Shown: positions 45,104-58,800, counted from the stretch's first letter. The stretch: 64,000 nt of DNA from Macrostomum lignano (GCA_002269645.1 NIVC01000283.1:558001-622000), one strand, 5' to 3'. Notes: generated from the sequence alone by a model not told the origin. Program-made: numbers and translations.

Positions 45104-47336
45104 ATGCCACCTAAGAGAAGGCGCACTGAAGGAGACAGTAATATGTCCCGTCTATTCAAAAATTGGCTTACTGAAAATTTGAGCGCTTAACAGACTGTTC
45201 AAGCTCCACATGTGACAGTTTCTGCTCCATTTGAGGCTCCATCCGTACCGGATGAGAGTGTGGATACACCCACACTGGACCCTTCCTCCGACTCCGAGCT
45301 CCGGCAGGTAAGCGTAACATCTCAGTCTGCATGTGCATGTTTGATAACTTCTCACTTTGCCTCTCACTCAACCTCGCTCTACTTCTCACCCTGCTTCTTT
45401 ACAGGGCGCAATGTGCGACCATGTTCACTTTGAAGAAAATGGAGTCGAGGACGACATGGACTACCCAGAGAGTGAAGATGACGACGATCAGGCGAATCTG
45501 AGGCCCAGTATGGAGAGTCTGAACGAGGAGCTTCTGATGTTTTTCGTCCGATTCAACATATCACATCGAGCCATGCAATTTTTGCTCAATGCGCTGTACA
45601 GCCGTGGGATGCCCGTCGTCAAAACCCTGCACCGACTGACGCATGCGACAGTCGGTGGATCAGAGAGCAGAGTAGGCAAAATCATGAAGTACAGCATGGG
45701 AATGGGCAACTTCGCCTACCTTGGCATCCAGAGTAACCTTGCCTTTCTGCTGCAGACGGGCAAGCTGAAGTTTACAAAGCCGACGTCGATAACTACCGCA
45801 GATGGGAGGACTGGTTACGAGATCGACGTTCATTTTGGCATCGACGGAATGCCGATATACTATTTAGCGGAATTCGCCAAGGAGTTGGATGCCTTCATGA
45901 CTGATTTCATCACCGTAGAATCCGTTCCAATCCGCATCAGACGAGTTACTTTCGTCTGTGACTCGCCGGCTCGATCGTACATCATGTCTACCATGTCTCA
46001 CAACGCTTTCCATGGGTGTCCGTACTGCAGGGCCGTTGCGAAAACGGTGGACCGTCGGATTGTGTACCCCACTGTGACCGGAGAAAGTCGGAGTGCCGAG
46101 GTCTACCGGGAAAACAGGTAAGAAGTCAGTATCTACTCTACCCACCTCTACTCTGCCTCAATCAACATCGAATTCTAACCCCTCAGTCTCTCTCACTCTA
46201 CCTCTAACTCCTCACTCACCCCTCACTCAACCTCTACCCCTGCCCCTAACTCCTCACTCTACTTATTATTCTGCCTATCACTCTACCTTTAATTCTATCC
46301 TTCCCTCTACCCTTCCCTCTACCTAACTCCTCACTCTACCTATCACTCTAATTCTCCCACCTACCTTTCCACAGAGAGTCCAACCAGAAGGCAGTGCCAA
46401 GCCCTCTGCTCTCACTGCCAAACTTGACGATGTTGGACGCCTTCCCTCCGGAAACAATGCACCTTCTCTTCTTGGGTATAGCTCGTCGGTTATTTCATTT
46501 CCTGTTCGCAGAAGACAACGGGCGGCGCTGTAAACTCTGTCCCGATGCAATCGCCACTCTATCTGATAAGATTGAGTCACATGCGTCTTACATGCCGTCG
46601 AACTTTCAGCGACGCCCGCGAAGAATTGACAGAGAATTGGGACATTTCAAGGCCACTGAGTTTCGCACGTTTGTTCTCTATGTGGGCCCGTACTTCTTTA
46701 TGAAATTCCTACTAGAAATTTTGTACAAGCATTTTCTGCTATTCCACTTTGCCTGCTATATATTCTGCTCTGATCTCGCCCCTGACTCACCTTCTGTCCC
46801 TCGCTGAGGCTGCTATGCGCCTTTTTGTGTTCGACGCCGCCGAATTGTATGGCGACACCATAATGACCTTTAATACTCATGTGTTGCTTCACCTGGCTGA
46901 TGCTGCTAGGCTACGTGGCAATGTATTTGGATTCTCCGCCTTTCCATTTGAAAACTACTTGTCGCATCTGAAAAGGCGCTTACGCAATACAAGGTTTGTG
47001 TCGTCTCATTTGCTTAATCAAATGCTTTCTCTTCGCGATTTGCTCACTAGTAATCCTATTATTTCTGTTGAATATTCGGTAAGGACTCCTAACAATTGCT
47101 GTATAATTGACAGTAAAGTTGTACGCATTACATGCATCTCTGGCTCTATCGTTTCAGGTGTCGTTTTAATTTTTAACAAAGAATTGAACAACACTCCTTA
47201 CACTTCATCCCTACTCGGTATTGGTTTTTTATCAAGAAATTCGCTCTGTAATTTCTGGTTTTCCGTAAAAAAGTGTTTCCTTTTTCCTCGTAATGGAAAC
47301 ATCTGGCTTGTTATCCCATTAACCGAAACGGAGTGA
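45104..47336 (+). mobile_element. CMC/EnSpm(CACTA)-type transposase gene with introns and a frameshift
   Basis: FVCDSPARSY..SHNAFHGCPYC; ETMHLLFLG; FQRRPRRI..FKATEFRTF; NTHVLLHL..FSAFPFENY. GT-AG introns near 45308-45403 and 46118-46373. Confidence 0.85.
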
Positions 47337-48682
47337 GCGTGTAATCCCTCTCTGTCTCTTACCATTAGTCTTCTTAACTCGCTTGTCAAACTCTGGTGTT
47401 TCAATGAAACAATGAAAGTGTTTCTTACCATGCCATTTCCTCTTGTCATGCGCTTTTTGATCGGGTCATATGTAATATGCTGCATATAGTTTTATTGATC
47501 TATATCACAAATCTATTTCATTGCGTATGTTATCTGCTATGCCAGTTCTATCATCGCTTTATGTTCTATATTATTTTTTGTAACGCGCTCTGTTCCCGTG
47601 TGCCTATCTGTGGTGCCAAATAGGGAAAACCAGATGCCCCAAAAAAGAAAGCAAAACTTTTGGCTTCCAGTCCAGGTGCTTAGAATTTCTTGACAGCCCA
47701 CGAAGTGACTAGAAAACAAGGAATAAATATAGGCTCCCGGTTTCTACTGTGCGCTCGTAAACACAGCAACGATATGCGAGTATTTTGTTTTTTTGTCTAA
47801 AGTTTGACTCCGCTTTATTGGGATTGGGGTTTGTCATAGGCCTAGGCTCCGTTCTGTTCATTTTCAATCTGTTCCAAACCCAGAAGGTATGTGAATTTAG
47901 AGCAACTGGTAAAAATGCCCTTTCAAGCGGAAGCAATGCAAAATAGCAAACAGGATAATAACCTAATTAGATCCCCGGCCACCTGGCACTGCAGGCACTC
48001 AGTCCAGGGAATTCTCCTGACAAGTCCCATTGATGCTGAGTGCCCACCACAGACCACGAAGTAAGACTAGACTGCACATGGAGAGTAAAAATTTTGTGCC
48101 TCTTTCCCAGTTATAAAAATGGCACCCCAGTCAACCCCTCCTCTGCGTTCGATAGTGGGTGAAGAATGTCCTTTCCTAAGCCACTCCCACTCGACACTCG
48201 TCTGCTTTTCGGTTCCTACAGGGCACAGTGACAATTACAAATAAAAATATGGTAATTAATTGCAGCTTCTAAAACTGTCTTTTACGTATTTTTTTCTAGA
48301 AATTTTTTCTACAGATTTTTTGACTTATTTTAAAGCTTGTCTGTAAAAAAACTTGTGGAAAGGCAGAAGGGTTCATCTAAGGCATTCATCTAAAAATGCC
48401 TTTCGCATTTTTCAAGATAAATAAATTCACTGCATCATAAGCGCCCGATGCGTCTCTGCGTTCCCATGACAGTTTTATTGTCAATCGGTCCTTCCATCCT
48501 CTTGAATTCCAAGTCAGTGGAAACTGCAGCTGGGCACCAACATCAGCCCGCTTGAATTCTTACCACATTGTTTGCGGTCGTACAGGTCCATGCGTCTATG
48601 AACTGGTTTTCACTGACTGACTGAAAAAAATAGACTTCTGGACAAAAAATTCTCAATCACCGCTTTAATCATTTTTATCGTG

Positions 48683-48770
48683 CAGGGGTTGGCAAACTTT
48701 GAACGCGGGCTTCTCTATCTGGTCCTCGGGTCCTTTGAAACTTCAAAATAGCAATTCGGCCCGCTCAAGT
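48683..48770 (+). mobile_element. Isolated hAT-like terminus
   Basis: CAGGGGTTGGCAAACTT...CGGCCCGC resembles hAT/Charlie MITE ends; no partner end found. Confidence 0.35.
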
Positions 48771-48822
48771 TCTGTCTCTTCTTAGCTCTCTTTCTCTTTC
48801 CCCCCTTCTCTTCTTTCTCCCC

Positions 48823-49086
48823 TTGTTGCGTGACCTGCTCCATGCTGACCTTCCAAGCCAGAAATACTCAAATAAGAAACCTAACAATTGCTGCGTCATT
48901 GAAGGCCACATTTTGCGTGTAACTCGTGTTTGCGGCGGCATAGTGACCGGAGTAGAGCTAGTTTTTACTGGCAGCCTCTACAAATATCCGTATGAGTCCT
49001 CCCTCCTCCGAATCGGCTTCTACGACGAAGGCCGCGCAATTTTTTTCTGGAGTGCCAGACAGGAAGTGTTTCATGCTCGCCTATAA
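48823..49086 (+). pseudogene. Second fragment of the CMC transposase C-terminus
   Basis: KKPNNCCVIEGHILRVTRV..YPYESSLLRIGFY aligns with RTPNNCCIIDSKVVRITCI..TPYTSSLLGIGFL at about 47080-47230. Confidence 0.7.
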
Positions 49087-49459
49087 TGATTCTTGGATTG
49101 TTATTTTATTGACTAGTTCGGAGTGATTCGCTAATGATTTAATTATTTTCGTTCTTGTGAAGCAAGCAAATATCTAAGTTACCTGGCAAATATAGATAAA
49201 TCAATGACTGCTTATTATAATGCCGACATTCCTTGTGTTTAGTGCCGACCCGTTTGAATTTATCTATCCACACCTCTCTGTATGGTCGTATGGAATTGTC
49301 CAAGAATTGATGTGGCTAAATGTAGAAAAACGGACAGTATAACCTGACTTGCTAGAGATTGCTAGTTAGAAGCTAAGAATCAGAAATTGAGCCAATTCCC
49401 CAAATCACCGGACGTGCCAGAAAAGATCAGTAAACTTTTCGAAGCCATGAAAATCGATA

Positions 49460-51600
49460 ACGAATAATTGACAATTACCGAAGGCGGAAAAACCAAAGTA
49501 GTTTTGCCCCCATTCCTAGACAAAACAGTCTTTACTGACTTACACTGCAGCCCCCTTGCAGGACATCTTAAGACGCTCCAGAGAATAAGAGAAAGATTTT
49601 GGCGACCCGGACTGAGCACTTCAGTTGAGCAGTTGATTGCTGAATGCATCCCCTGTCTAGAGAGTAAGAAAGACCACTTTGTGCAAGCACTATTCAATCG
49701 TTCCCCATTGGCGAAGCTTTCAGCCGCCTGCACATAGATCGTAAGAAAGCAAACGAGGTCATAAATATATTTTAACAGTTGTTGACAGCACAACTAGATA
49801 CCCCTTCGCTTTCCCTATTAGAAACCAAAAGTCAGATACAGTCATTAAAAATACTACTCGAACGAATAGTAGCAGAGTATGGATAGCCCTGCTGGATTCA
49901 TTCAGACAATGGAAAAACCTTTGCCAGCAAACAGTTTAAGGCATTCTGTGAACTATTGAAGCGGCTTGCGTGCGGCGAGATGAAGACCGCTTGTCTTTTA
50001 ATAAAGTGCTGCGGCTGGGCCTTTTACGGCTCGAGTTTATTTGGGCCATAGACAGTTTGAGCAGCAGTGGCTGGCTCTGTCAAAAGTACATGTGTCCGCT
50101 ACACAACTCCCCCCAGAGCCAGACGATGTTGCTCTTGCATTGTGCTCGTCGGGAGCTCAGCTGCTGTGGCAACGGCTGGGTCGGCTGCGATTACTTTGCC
50201 CCTAACGCAATGGAAACGACTGGGTTAGAAAAGGGTCACCGGCAGTGGATGACCGGGTTGGGGCGTCTAAATTGGTCATGTGAAACTGTTAGTAGCACAG
50301 AAATCGAAAGCGTGCAGAGGCTGGCTCGATGGCGGGTGTTCAGGGACTGTCCAAAAGTGTGAGCACTTTGCTTCTGATAGATCGAGCTGCGAGCCGGTGG
50401 CGTTGTGGGCCAGTTGAGGTCATAGACACCAGCATCCTCGAGGCCGAGGGCAGCGGCAGCAGTGGATGGTTGAGCTGATGATGATGCTGCTGGTACGTAT
50501 GCCATTGTGGTGATCCGTCGGTAGCGTGGTGGGGCCTGCAGCGCAGAAAAGTGCACCGATGCTTCGTCCGACGTGTCCGCCTGTGCTGCTGGGACAAGGC
50601 GTTGCCGAGGTGAGCCGCATCGACGTCACAGCGTCGGGTGGGGCATTGCAAGCAAACTTTGGCAGGCGAGAGCCCCTTACCCGGAGTGCACTGCTCACCT
50701 ACTGCATAACCGCAGTGACCAGGAATCGGTCATGGTCACTTTGATGCGGCTCCAGTCAGAAGCGCTGAGCCGGATTTAGGGATCGAGGTGGCCGATGGCT
50801 TTGGCTGGACTCGGAAGACCTGGTGGCCGAAACTGTGACGAGGCAGCGGGCGAAAAGCTTGAAATACTCAGCTACGGCTGAGTATAGTCGGGCTCACCAC
50901 TGAAGCGGCTTGCGTGCGGCGAGATGAAGACCGCTTGTCTTTTAATAAAGTGCTGCGGCTGGGCCTTTTACGGCTCGAGTTTATTTGGGCCATAGACAGT
51001 TTGAGCAGCAGTGGCTGGCTCTGTCAGAAGTACGTGTCCGCTACACTATATAATATTCGCCACACCTTCACCACCCCTTATCATGCCCAATCTAACGGAC
51101 TAGTAGAGCGATTTAACAAACAAGTGAAATCAATCATCACTGCCTGATCAATAAGGATCATGGTGATTTGGATTTATTAATATCCGCAGCCCTAGTAGCA
51201 GTTCGCACCAGCCCCAATGTAACAACAGGTTTTTCCCCTCATTCTTATTATTTGGCGGAGAAGCCACCTTACCTCTAGACACTCAGATTAGAAGTGCAGC
51301 TGAACATGCTGATTATCCCGCCTACATTACTAAGCATGCCGAAAGATTAGAAGCTCATAAGATAGTAAAGAAGTTGGAAAAAGTGGTTGAGAAAAGGCAG
51401 ACCGCCGCAGAAACTAATAAACTTCCCCCCAAGTCCCCATAGGCTGCCTTGTCCTAATTAATAACCCTTAGTTAGATAGCGAAGAATCCCACAAGTTTCA
51501 CCAAAAGAAGAGATCCGCCTTTAGAGTTTTAGCCCAACTATCAGAAGTAGTCTTCAAAGTTCAGAAAGAAGGAGAATTAGTAGGAAAAGAAATGCTCGTA
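49460..51600 (+). mobile_element. Decayed Ty3/Gypsy integrase interrupted by a mini LTR element
   Basis: HCSPLAGH..RERFWRPG..CIPC zinc finger; IHSDNGKTF; TTPYHAQSNGLVERFN. Confidence 0.88.
49957..51045 (-). mobile_element. TRIM-like / internally deleted LTR retroelement (1,089 bp)
   Basis: TG...CA LTRs at 49957-50103 and 50901-51045; 4-bp TSD CTAT; minus-strand PBS-like TGGTGAGCCCG and PPT GGGGGGAG. Excision restores the host frame AFCEL-YNIRHTFTTPYH. Confidence 0.92.
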
Positions 51601-52329
51601 CATCGAGACAACTCAACCCCAGTCCCTAACTCAGCCGCAGAATAAATCACTAAGGAAGGCCAGCAAGATGCCCGTATTCAGTCCCCGCCCCTGATTCCGC
51701 CCCTAATTCCGCTCCCGTTCCCATTCCCACTCCCGCTCCAATTCTCGCCTTAACTAAACCTAAGAGACAACCTGTAATTAAGGAAGGTCAACCCCGGCGG
51801 AAATCCCTAGAACTAAACTCTGTTGAATCTGAATAATCATCCGATGAAGAAGGAATTAATTGGAGATGCCAAATTAGAGAAGCAGAGAATGAAGAGGTAG
51901 AAGACGAAGACAATGAAGCTCAGCCAGAAGAATGGAGTGAAGCCCATTGTGTCTCACCTTCCCGAGGTGGCAAGCGGACAGGATGTGGTCACGCATCCTG
52001 GCAAAGAAGACGCAGAGGGAATCCGGCACGGAGCCCAGCCCACGACGCAAGTCGGAACTGTGCAACCGGCCCTTTTCAGCAACGGCAGGTAGCCATGGCC
52101 GACCTAGCTGCCGCACAACACCAGGACAACCACAGTCGAGACGGGGATGAGAAGAGAAAGAGAACAAGCAGAACCAACATCAAGAAGAAGAAGAGACACC
52201 TTGCAGAAATAATAAGAATGAGACTAAGAACTATTGAAAAAAATCCGGGACCGAGAGCACAGGAAGCACCTAAAAAACAAACAAAAACGAATAAAAACGA
52301 GCGCAAACCAAAAAAAAGACAAGTATTTC

Positions 52330-54780
52330 TTTGGTGGCTAATCATGGGAGACCTTAATGCTAGACACAGCTTTTTGGGGGCAAAAGTCGCAACAACAGAG
52401 CCGGAAAGCAGCTCCATGATTGGCTCTGCGGCGATCCATCCCACCGCCCCACCGTTCTCAATCAACCAGGCCAGTTCACTAGAATAGCCCACCGACAAGG
52501 CGTTGTGTCCCGGAATGTGCTTGATCTCGGGTTAGCCTCCGGCGACCTCGACTCATATGTTTAAGACTTTAAAGTGGGATCTGACCTAGACAGTGACCAT
52601 CTTCCAATCATACTCACACTAGCGAGTAACTCCCCAGACTGGCAAGGGCCAGAGAAGGCTCGAAACTTCGCCAAAGCTAACTGGGAAGAGTTCTAAAATT
52701 CCTTGATGGAAAAACTGATACATGCGTGGCCTCCAGACCTTAGTACTAGGCAGCAAATTGATGCGAAAGTCGACGTCATCACGAACGCGATCCAGAAAAC
52801 CATTGAGGAAAATGTCCCGATCAGAAGAGGCCGTAGAGCCCTCCCCCAAAGGATCATTGCGATGATCAAGGAGAGGAGGAAGCTCCGGCGTCTGTATCAC
52901 AGTACCAGGGACGATAATTTTAGGCTGCTCGCGAATAGAAAGGCGAAGGAAATAAAAAGCGCTATTCATTCGTTTGAGCAAGGCCAGTTTATTTAAATAG
53001 TTGAATAAGAAGAAAATAGTTGAAAATAGTCAATGCCGGAATATCAAGGACTTCTGGCAGGACACAAAACAATTGATGGGGCGCAAAAAGGGCACCACTA
53101 TTCCGTCCTTGAACGATGGCGCCACCCTCGCACACACTGACTCCGACAAAGCGGACATGCTGGCGAGTGTGCTAGATGCCAAAATGCGCCCGATCCAATC
53201 AACTGATGAAGATCTGAAGAAACGGGTTGAGCAGGCTATGAAGCTCCCCCTCTTTAGACCTGTCCCACCGGGCGCAGAACCATACATGGGCCATCCCCTG
53301 GAGGCTCCCTTCTCTGTCACAGACACCCTCTGGGAGCTGGACCACCTAAAAGTAGACAGTGCTCCGGGCCTGGACAAAGTTCCTAACTGCGTCCTTAAGC
53401 ATGGCCTAGAGCCCATTGCGGTTACCCGCATTACCAAACTCTTCAACGATTGTTATCGTACGGGCATCTTTAAATAGCAGTGGAAAAAAGCGGTGGTGAC
53501 GATGATCCCCAAACCGGATAAACCGCCTGAGTCCGCGGGATCCTACCGGCCTATCAGCCTGACCTCCTGCCTCGGCAAGGTGTTCGAGAAGTTATTGGTG
53601 AGGAGGCTGATGAAACATCTTGAGGAACAAGGTATCCTCGGTAAGGACCAGTGCGCCTACAGGGAAGGTCCACTCGACCCACGACAATCTTGTCAGCCTC
53701 GTTCAGGACGTCCAGGTGGGCAAGGCTAAACTAAAAAGATTGCTGGCTATTCTCCTCGACGTACAAGCGGCGTTTGACTCGGTGTGGTACGACTACCTGA
53801 GGTTCAGGATGTACGAAGTCAACTAACCGGACGCCCTCGTCAGGATCTGCTCTGACTATCTAGCAGACAGGCTAATGCAGGTGAAGGTAAACGGGGCGCT
53901 CAGCAAGCCGTACGAGTTGCAGGCGGGCGTCCCTCAGGGTGGCATCTTAAGCCCCTTCCTTTACCTGCTCTTCATCAGCACCATGCTTCGGCCGCAATAA
54001 CCAAACCCTAAGCGAAGCCAATTCGCCGACGACATGGCCATCTGGGCCTCGGCGGATACTTTTGCCGGCCTCAAGATACTCCTGCAACCCTACCTCGACC
54101 GCGTGTGGAAATGGTGTGGGGGGCAGGGGATCAAGATCAACGCCGGTAAAAGTCAGGTTATCGCGTTTAACTACAAGCCAACCCAGCGGCTCGACCTCTG
54201 CCCCAAGATGATACTTGGTGGCACGAGCCTTGAATACCAAGACGAAGTCCGGTTCCTTGGAATGAACCTGGACTACAGGCTGACTCTTAACTCGCATGTT
54301 GAAAGAGTAGTCAGTCATGGCCGGGCTCTTGCGCTTTCCATCAACCGCATTGCTAAACTGACCCGACTAAGCAGTAACACCCTAAAAATGCTCTACAGGG
54401 CTTATGTTGAGAGTGCGCTGACCTACGGTTCCCCGGTGCTGAAAATTATAGCACCCAGTAACCTCAATAAACTCCAAAAATCCAAAATCCAGCTCTCAGG
54501 ATCTGCTATGGTGCCCCCAGTTACACCCAGGTAGCCTACTTACATGAGCTGGCAGCCATGCCTATGATGGCGGACAGAATTCGTGCCCTGGGCGTGGGCT
54601 GGCTCACCAAAGTGAAGGCTGCTGGGCACCATGACTTCCACATAGAACCGGAACTCCCTAGAGCTGCCCGAAATCGCCCCTTAGTGTTGAACCTGCTTTG
54701 GGACAGCCTTAAAAGGAGGCAGGCAAATAGACAAGCAGCTGCAAATGCGGTGGCCTGTGCGGCCCGGAACCCGCCCTAGA
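52330..54780 (+). mobile_element. Degenerate non-LTR retrotransposon ORF2 (APE C-terminus plus RT), Jockey/I-like
   Basis: MGDLNARH, DSDHLPI, NFAKANW, SAPGLDKV, YRPISLTSCLGKVFEK, DVQAAFDSVW, GVPQGGILSP, FADD; several stops and frameshifts. Confidence 0.92.
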
Positions 54781-55126
54781 CTTGCTAGGTCAGCTGCCCC
54801 AAGAACCTAGTGCGCCCCCAGACAGTGGCTAGCCCTTCTTTCTCTTCCCTTGGGACCAGTCGTCTGCCAGCGCACAAATTAACAGACCTAATTATTTAAT
54901 AGGCGTAGAATAAAATCGGCGAGTGCTGGACCAGGTGGTAGTGCCTATGACCCAGTTACAATACAGAATAAGAAGCTGTGCTTACCTGAATGCTGTGATC
55001 CGCCATCATCTTTTTTCCGTATTCCGCCTGTTTCAACCTCCTTCTTTTTACAATCCAACCGTTTTAAATTGCAACTGCTATTTTTACATCTGGCTTTTGC
55101 CCTGTTTTTACTCAATACACAAATAA

Positions 55127-56270
55127 TTTCTTTTACTCTATATAGTAACAGTAACAGTAATAAGTATTCGGCGCCTCAGCCATTGATCAGGCTCTAACGC
55201 CACTAGATATAAATGGATTCCAGGTTGGGAGTGTACTGATGTACACTGAGATCCTAATTGGAGCTAAGAGGACTGTACAAAGGGCAAATGTCAGATAAAA
55301 AACCTCCCCGGGGGACAGTGACAGCGGAACGACATACCAGTCACGAAGCCCGTGCCCAAAAAACCAAGTTGGATAGACCCTTGCCTATAAGGGATGGCCC
55401 GAAGGCCGAGAGCCGTGGCTACCATGCTGGGGCCGACCGCCCACCACCCCCGGGTACTCAAGCCAAATGTACATAAACCTCCCCGGGGCCAGAGGGGGTA
55501 GAGTGAACCATTCAGGGAAGCCCGTGCCTTCTCCTGGGTTAGATAAGCCACAAAAAACCGGTCATATGACCGCCCCCACGGCCGTGGCGACCCGAAGGAG
55601 CCTGCCCCCAACTAAACCCCGGGTACTCTTGCCAGACAGTCTCTTATCTTTGAAGCGGCAGGAGGGCTAATCGCCGGGACTATTTCACCCTTTGCTTCGC
55701 CAACCCGCCATTTCTATAGTGACCGTGCCAACGGTCTCGTCCTGCTCAGACTCAGTCCTGGTTCTGGCACACTCCAGCTTTAATAGGGTCGCTGGCTGTT
55801 CGCTCAGAGGGCACTTGAGGGAGACCGTCAAAGCACCAACTGGAACAGGTATAGGCCTGCCTTCCTATACAGCTACCCACAGCCCTTCCCGATCCACTAT
55901 TACCCTCCAACCCAGCCTACTCACTCATTACAAGCTTTCAGCCAGGCAGAGACAAGTTTCACAGGAGTACTGCGGTTAGGCGCCTCTATGCGAGACAAAA
56001 CCATTTTTTCTTTTACTCTATATAGTAACAGTAACAGTAATAAGTATTCGGCGCCTCAGCCATTGATCAGGCTCTTACGCCACTAGTGAAAACTAAGATT
56101 CCAAATAGGGAGTGTACTTATGTACACAAAAAGCCAGATTAGACTATAAAGGACTGTACAAAGGGCAATATCACAAAAACCAAACCTCCCCGGGGGACAG
56201 TGACAGCGGAACGACATACCAGTAAGAAAGCCCGTGCCCAAAATCCAGGTTAGAGACCCATTGCCTCTAA
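55127..56270. repeat. Pair of about 260-bp direct repeats 880 bp apart (55127-55390 and 56007-56270)
   Basis: TTTCTTTTACTCTATATAGTAACAGTAACAGTAATAAGTATTCGGCGCCTCAGCCATTGATCAGGCTCT and CCTCCCCGGGGGACAGTGACAGCGGAACGACATACCAGT occur in both copies. Confidence 0.85.
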
Positions 56271-56589
56271 ATACAAATTTATTTTACTCTGTATACAAAT
56301 AAATATTTATATATACAGTATCTTAACCACATGAGCCAACTGGGCCATCCCAATTTACTACGTGCAGGGACTGCTACTCGTAGTAGTTCCTGCCGCTTTG
56401 CCATTATATTTTTCTTCCTATTAACAAATATTTTCTCTTATATACTGTTGCTCCAAACTTCGCGCTGATCCCCAAACGGTCCAGTTTATATTTGTGGGGA
56501 CCAGCCCCAATTTTCATAGATTCTTCCCCCTATTATCAGTCGCGACTAAGTAGAATGCATGAGGGGCCTTCTGGGACAAAATTTTTCAC

Positions 56590-56900
56590 GTCCTCCATAA
56601 TCCCATTAAAACCATCTATATTATCCCCGACAGAATCAGAAAAAATGGGGGTCGCACTTGCTCCAAAAACGTCCTGCATAATCCCATTAAATCCATCCAT
56701 ATTATCCCCGACAGAATCAGAGCATAACAGATGTCCTACTCGGTCACAAAATGTCATCTATAATCCACCTAAATCCATCCATATTATTTCTGAATCAGAA
56801 AAAAAGAGGGTCGAACTTGCTCCGAAAACGTCATCCATAATCCTAACCTATCCTCCTTCCTCCACGACAGAATCAGAGCATAACAGGTGTCCTACATAAT
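56590..56900. repeat. Degenerate tandem repeats (TCCATAATCCCATTAAA..ATATTATCCCCGACAGAATCAGA)
   Basis: About 4 copies with variable spacing. Confidence 0.7.
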
Positions 56901-58584
56901 CCACTAACATCTACCCATAACATCTTCGAAACAATCAGAAAATAATCTGCATTTTTCTCCCCACATTTGATTCGCAACGCGAAGCGGCGAAACCAGATCC
57001 CAAAGACTTTAAATCATCAGCGCAGGGTCCTTACCCATTGAAAAAAATTAAATTCTCAATATAAATGTTTCCAGTTGTCTCTTCAGGTTCTTATTATACT
57101 CAGCCTAATCCATTGTACAAATCCAAGTACCGATGCAAACTTGAATGCAGCGAGTACATGAGAAAATATTGGCCCGACGTTCATATCAATGTCCCTAATA
57201 TTAATCTAGCTCTCCAAAGACACTGGTTTCATAATTATGGAGTAACCTATGTAAAAGATTACGACAGCTACTATAACTTTGCAGAAATCATTAGGCAATT
57301 GTAGTTGCCAACTACAAAGTTGTACCTTGTAGAGTGTAGACGTAAGTTCTAAAAATAAAACCCATGCCATGCGTTCCACACATGCTTTCATTTCTCTTTC
57401 CGCTTTGGAAACCCCAATCAACCATTAATAGAAAATCCTGCCTATAAATAGAAGATTTGCTGGTTTCCCTTCTAGAATTCGAATTCTAAAAAATTCTAGA
57501 ATAAAAAGAGAATCCATGGATTCCCGAGCCCACACCAAGGGTGTATAAACAGCCGATTCACACCCCACCTCGTCTCACATCGCCCCGCCTGACTCGCCCC
57601 GCCTCGCCTAGCCTAACCTTGGTCTCTTCTGTCATGAATTCGAAAGCGAAACAGCAGCCGACAAAAATTATCGATACAATTAAAAGTATCAGTAGCAAAG
57701 ACACCGCAAGCACGGCTGTCGTGATTGCCGCCATTAACGAAGAGGAGCAGGCCTCACTGTTTGAATGCTTGCAAAAAACCGATCGTGAATCGTTGAAAAA
57801 AGAGAAATCCGACGAGTCCAAGCGCTCCAGTAATTACAAGGAGCGCCGAGAAGCACGCTTCATAGCGCGTCTAAAAGAGAGTCTCAAAAAATTAAAAATG
57901 AGCAGATTGACATTAAGACGCGGTAAGTTTTTTTTTGCTTATTCTATTATTTGCAATCCTTGACTTGGTTTAAACGTGATTTAAATTACTTAAGCCTTTT
58001 ATGATTTTTAGAAAGTTAAACATATTTTACATTATGATTCCATGTTATTGCTTTTTTTTAGTTTCTACAACGCTAAAGCGTTATGCTTGGCCGATGTTCA
58101 AACGGATGTGGACGGAACGTTAACGCAGTTCGCCAGTTTAGAGTCCTTCATTGGGGACTTGGAGGTGCTCACCTGTCGCGCGAGAAAAAAGCAGGCGGAG
58201 ATCCTCGCGTCTATTAAGACCCAAGGTCTCTCAACAGGAGCCGCGGAGCGACTGGACATCGACCCCAAGTTCGCCGAACGATTGTACACCTTCCATGGGT
58301 TCATCACGAAGTACCCAAATTTAGTCTTCTCCGGGTACTCGTTCGAGTCGCTGCTCACATACAAAAGAGCGATCGAGAAAGAGGCGGAGCAGGACGACAA
58401 CTTCTGCTGCAAGTTGGAGACCGATATTACCATCGTGTTTCAAGGAGAGGACGAGGACGCCTTGCTAGAGGAGACTACGATGGAGTTGGAGACTGCATCA
58501 GTCGACTAAGCCAAGGATGAATAAACTAGGCAAATTGTAACGTAAAAAATCATCTTGTTATTTTACCTTGAAAACTAGTTTACA

Positions 58585-58800
58585 TCGATAAAATCCTGGA
58601 AAAAAATCCTGGAGATCCAGAAAGTGTTTAGAAGACTACTATGAGTGGCTTACATTGATAAAATCCTGGAAAAAATCCTGGAAAAAAATCCTGAAGATCC
58701 AGGAAAGTGTTTAGAAGACTACTATGAGTAGCTTACATTGATAAAATCCTTAAAAAAATCCTAGAAAAAAGTCCTGGAAATCCAGGAAAGTGTTTAGAAT
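58585..58800. repeat. Tandem repeat of about 70-80 bp (GATAAAATCCTGGAAAAAAATCCTG..AGTGTTTAGAAGACTACTATGAGT), 3 copies
   Basis: Directly visible. Confidence 0.8.
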
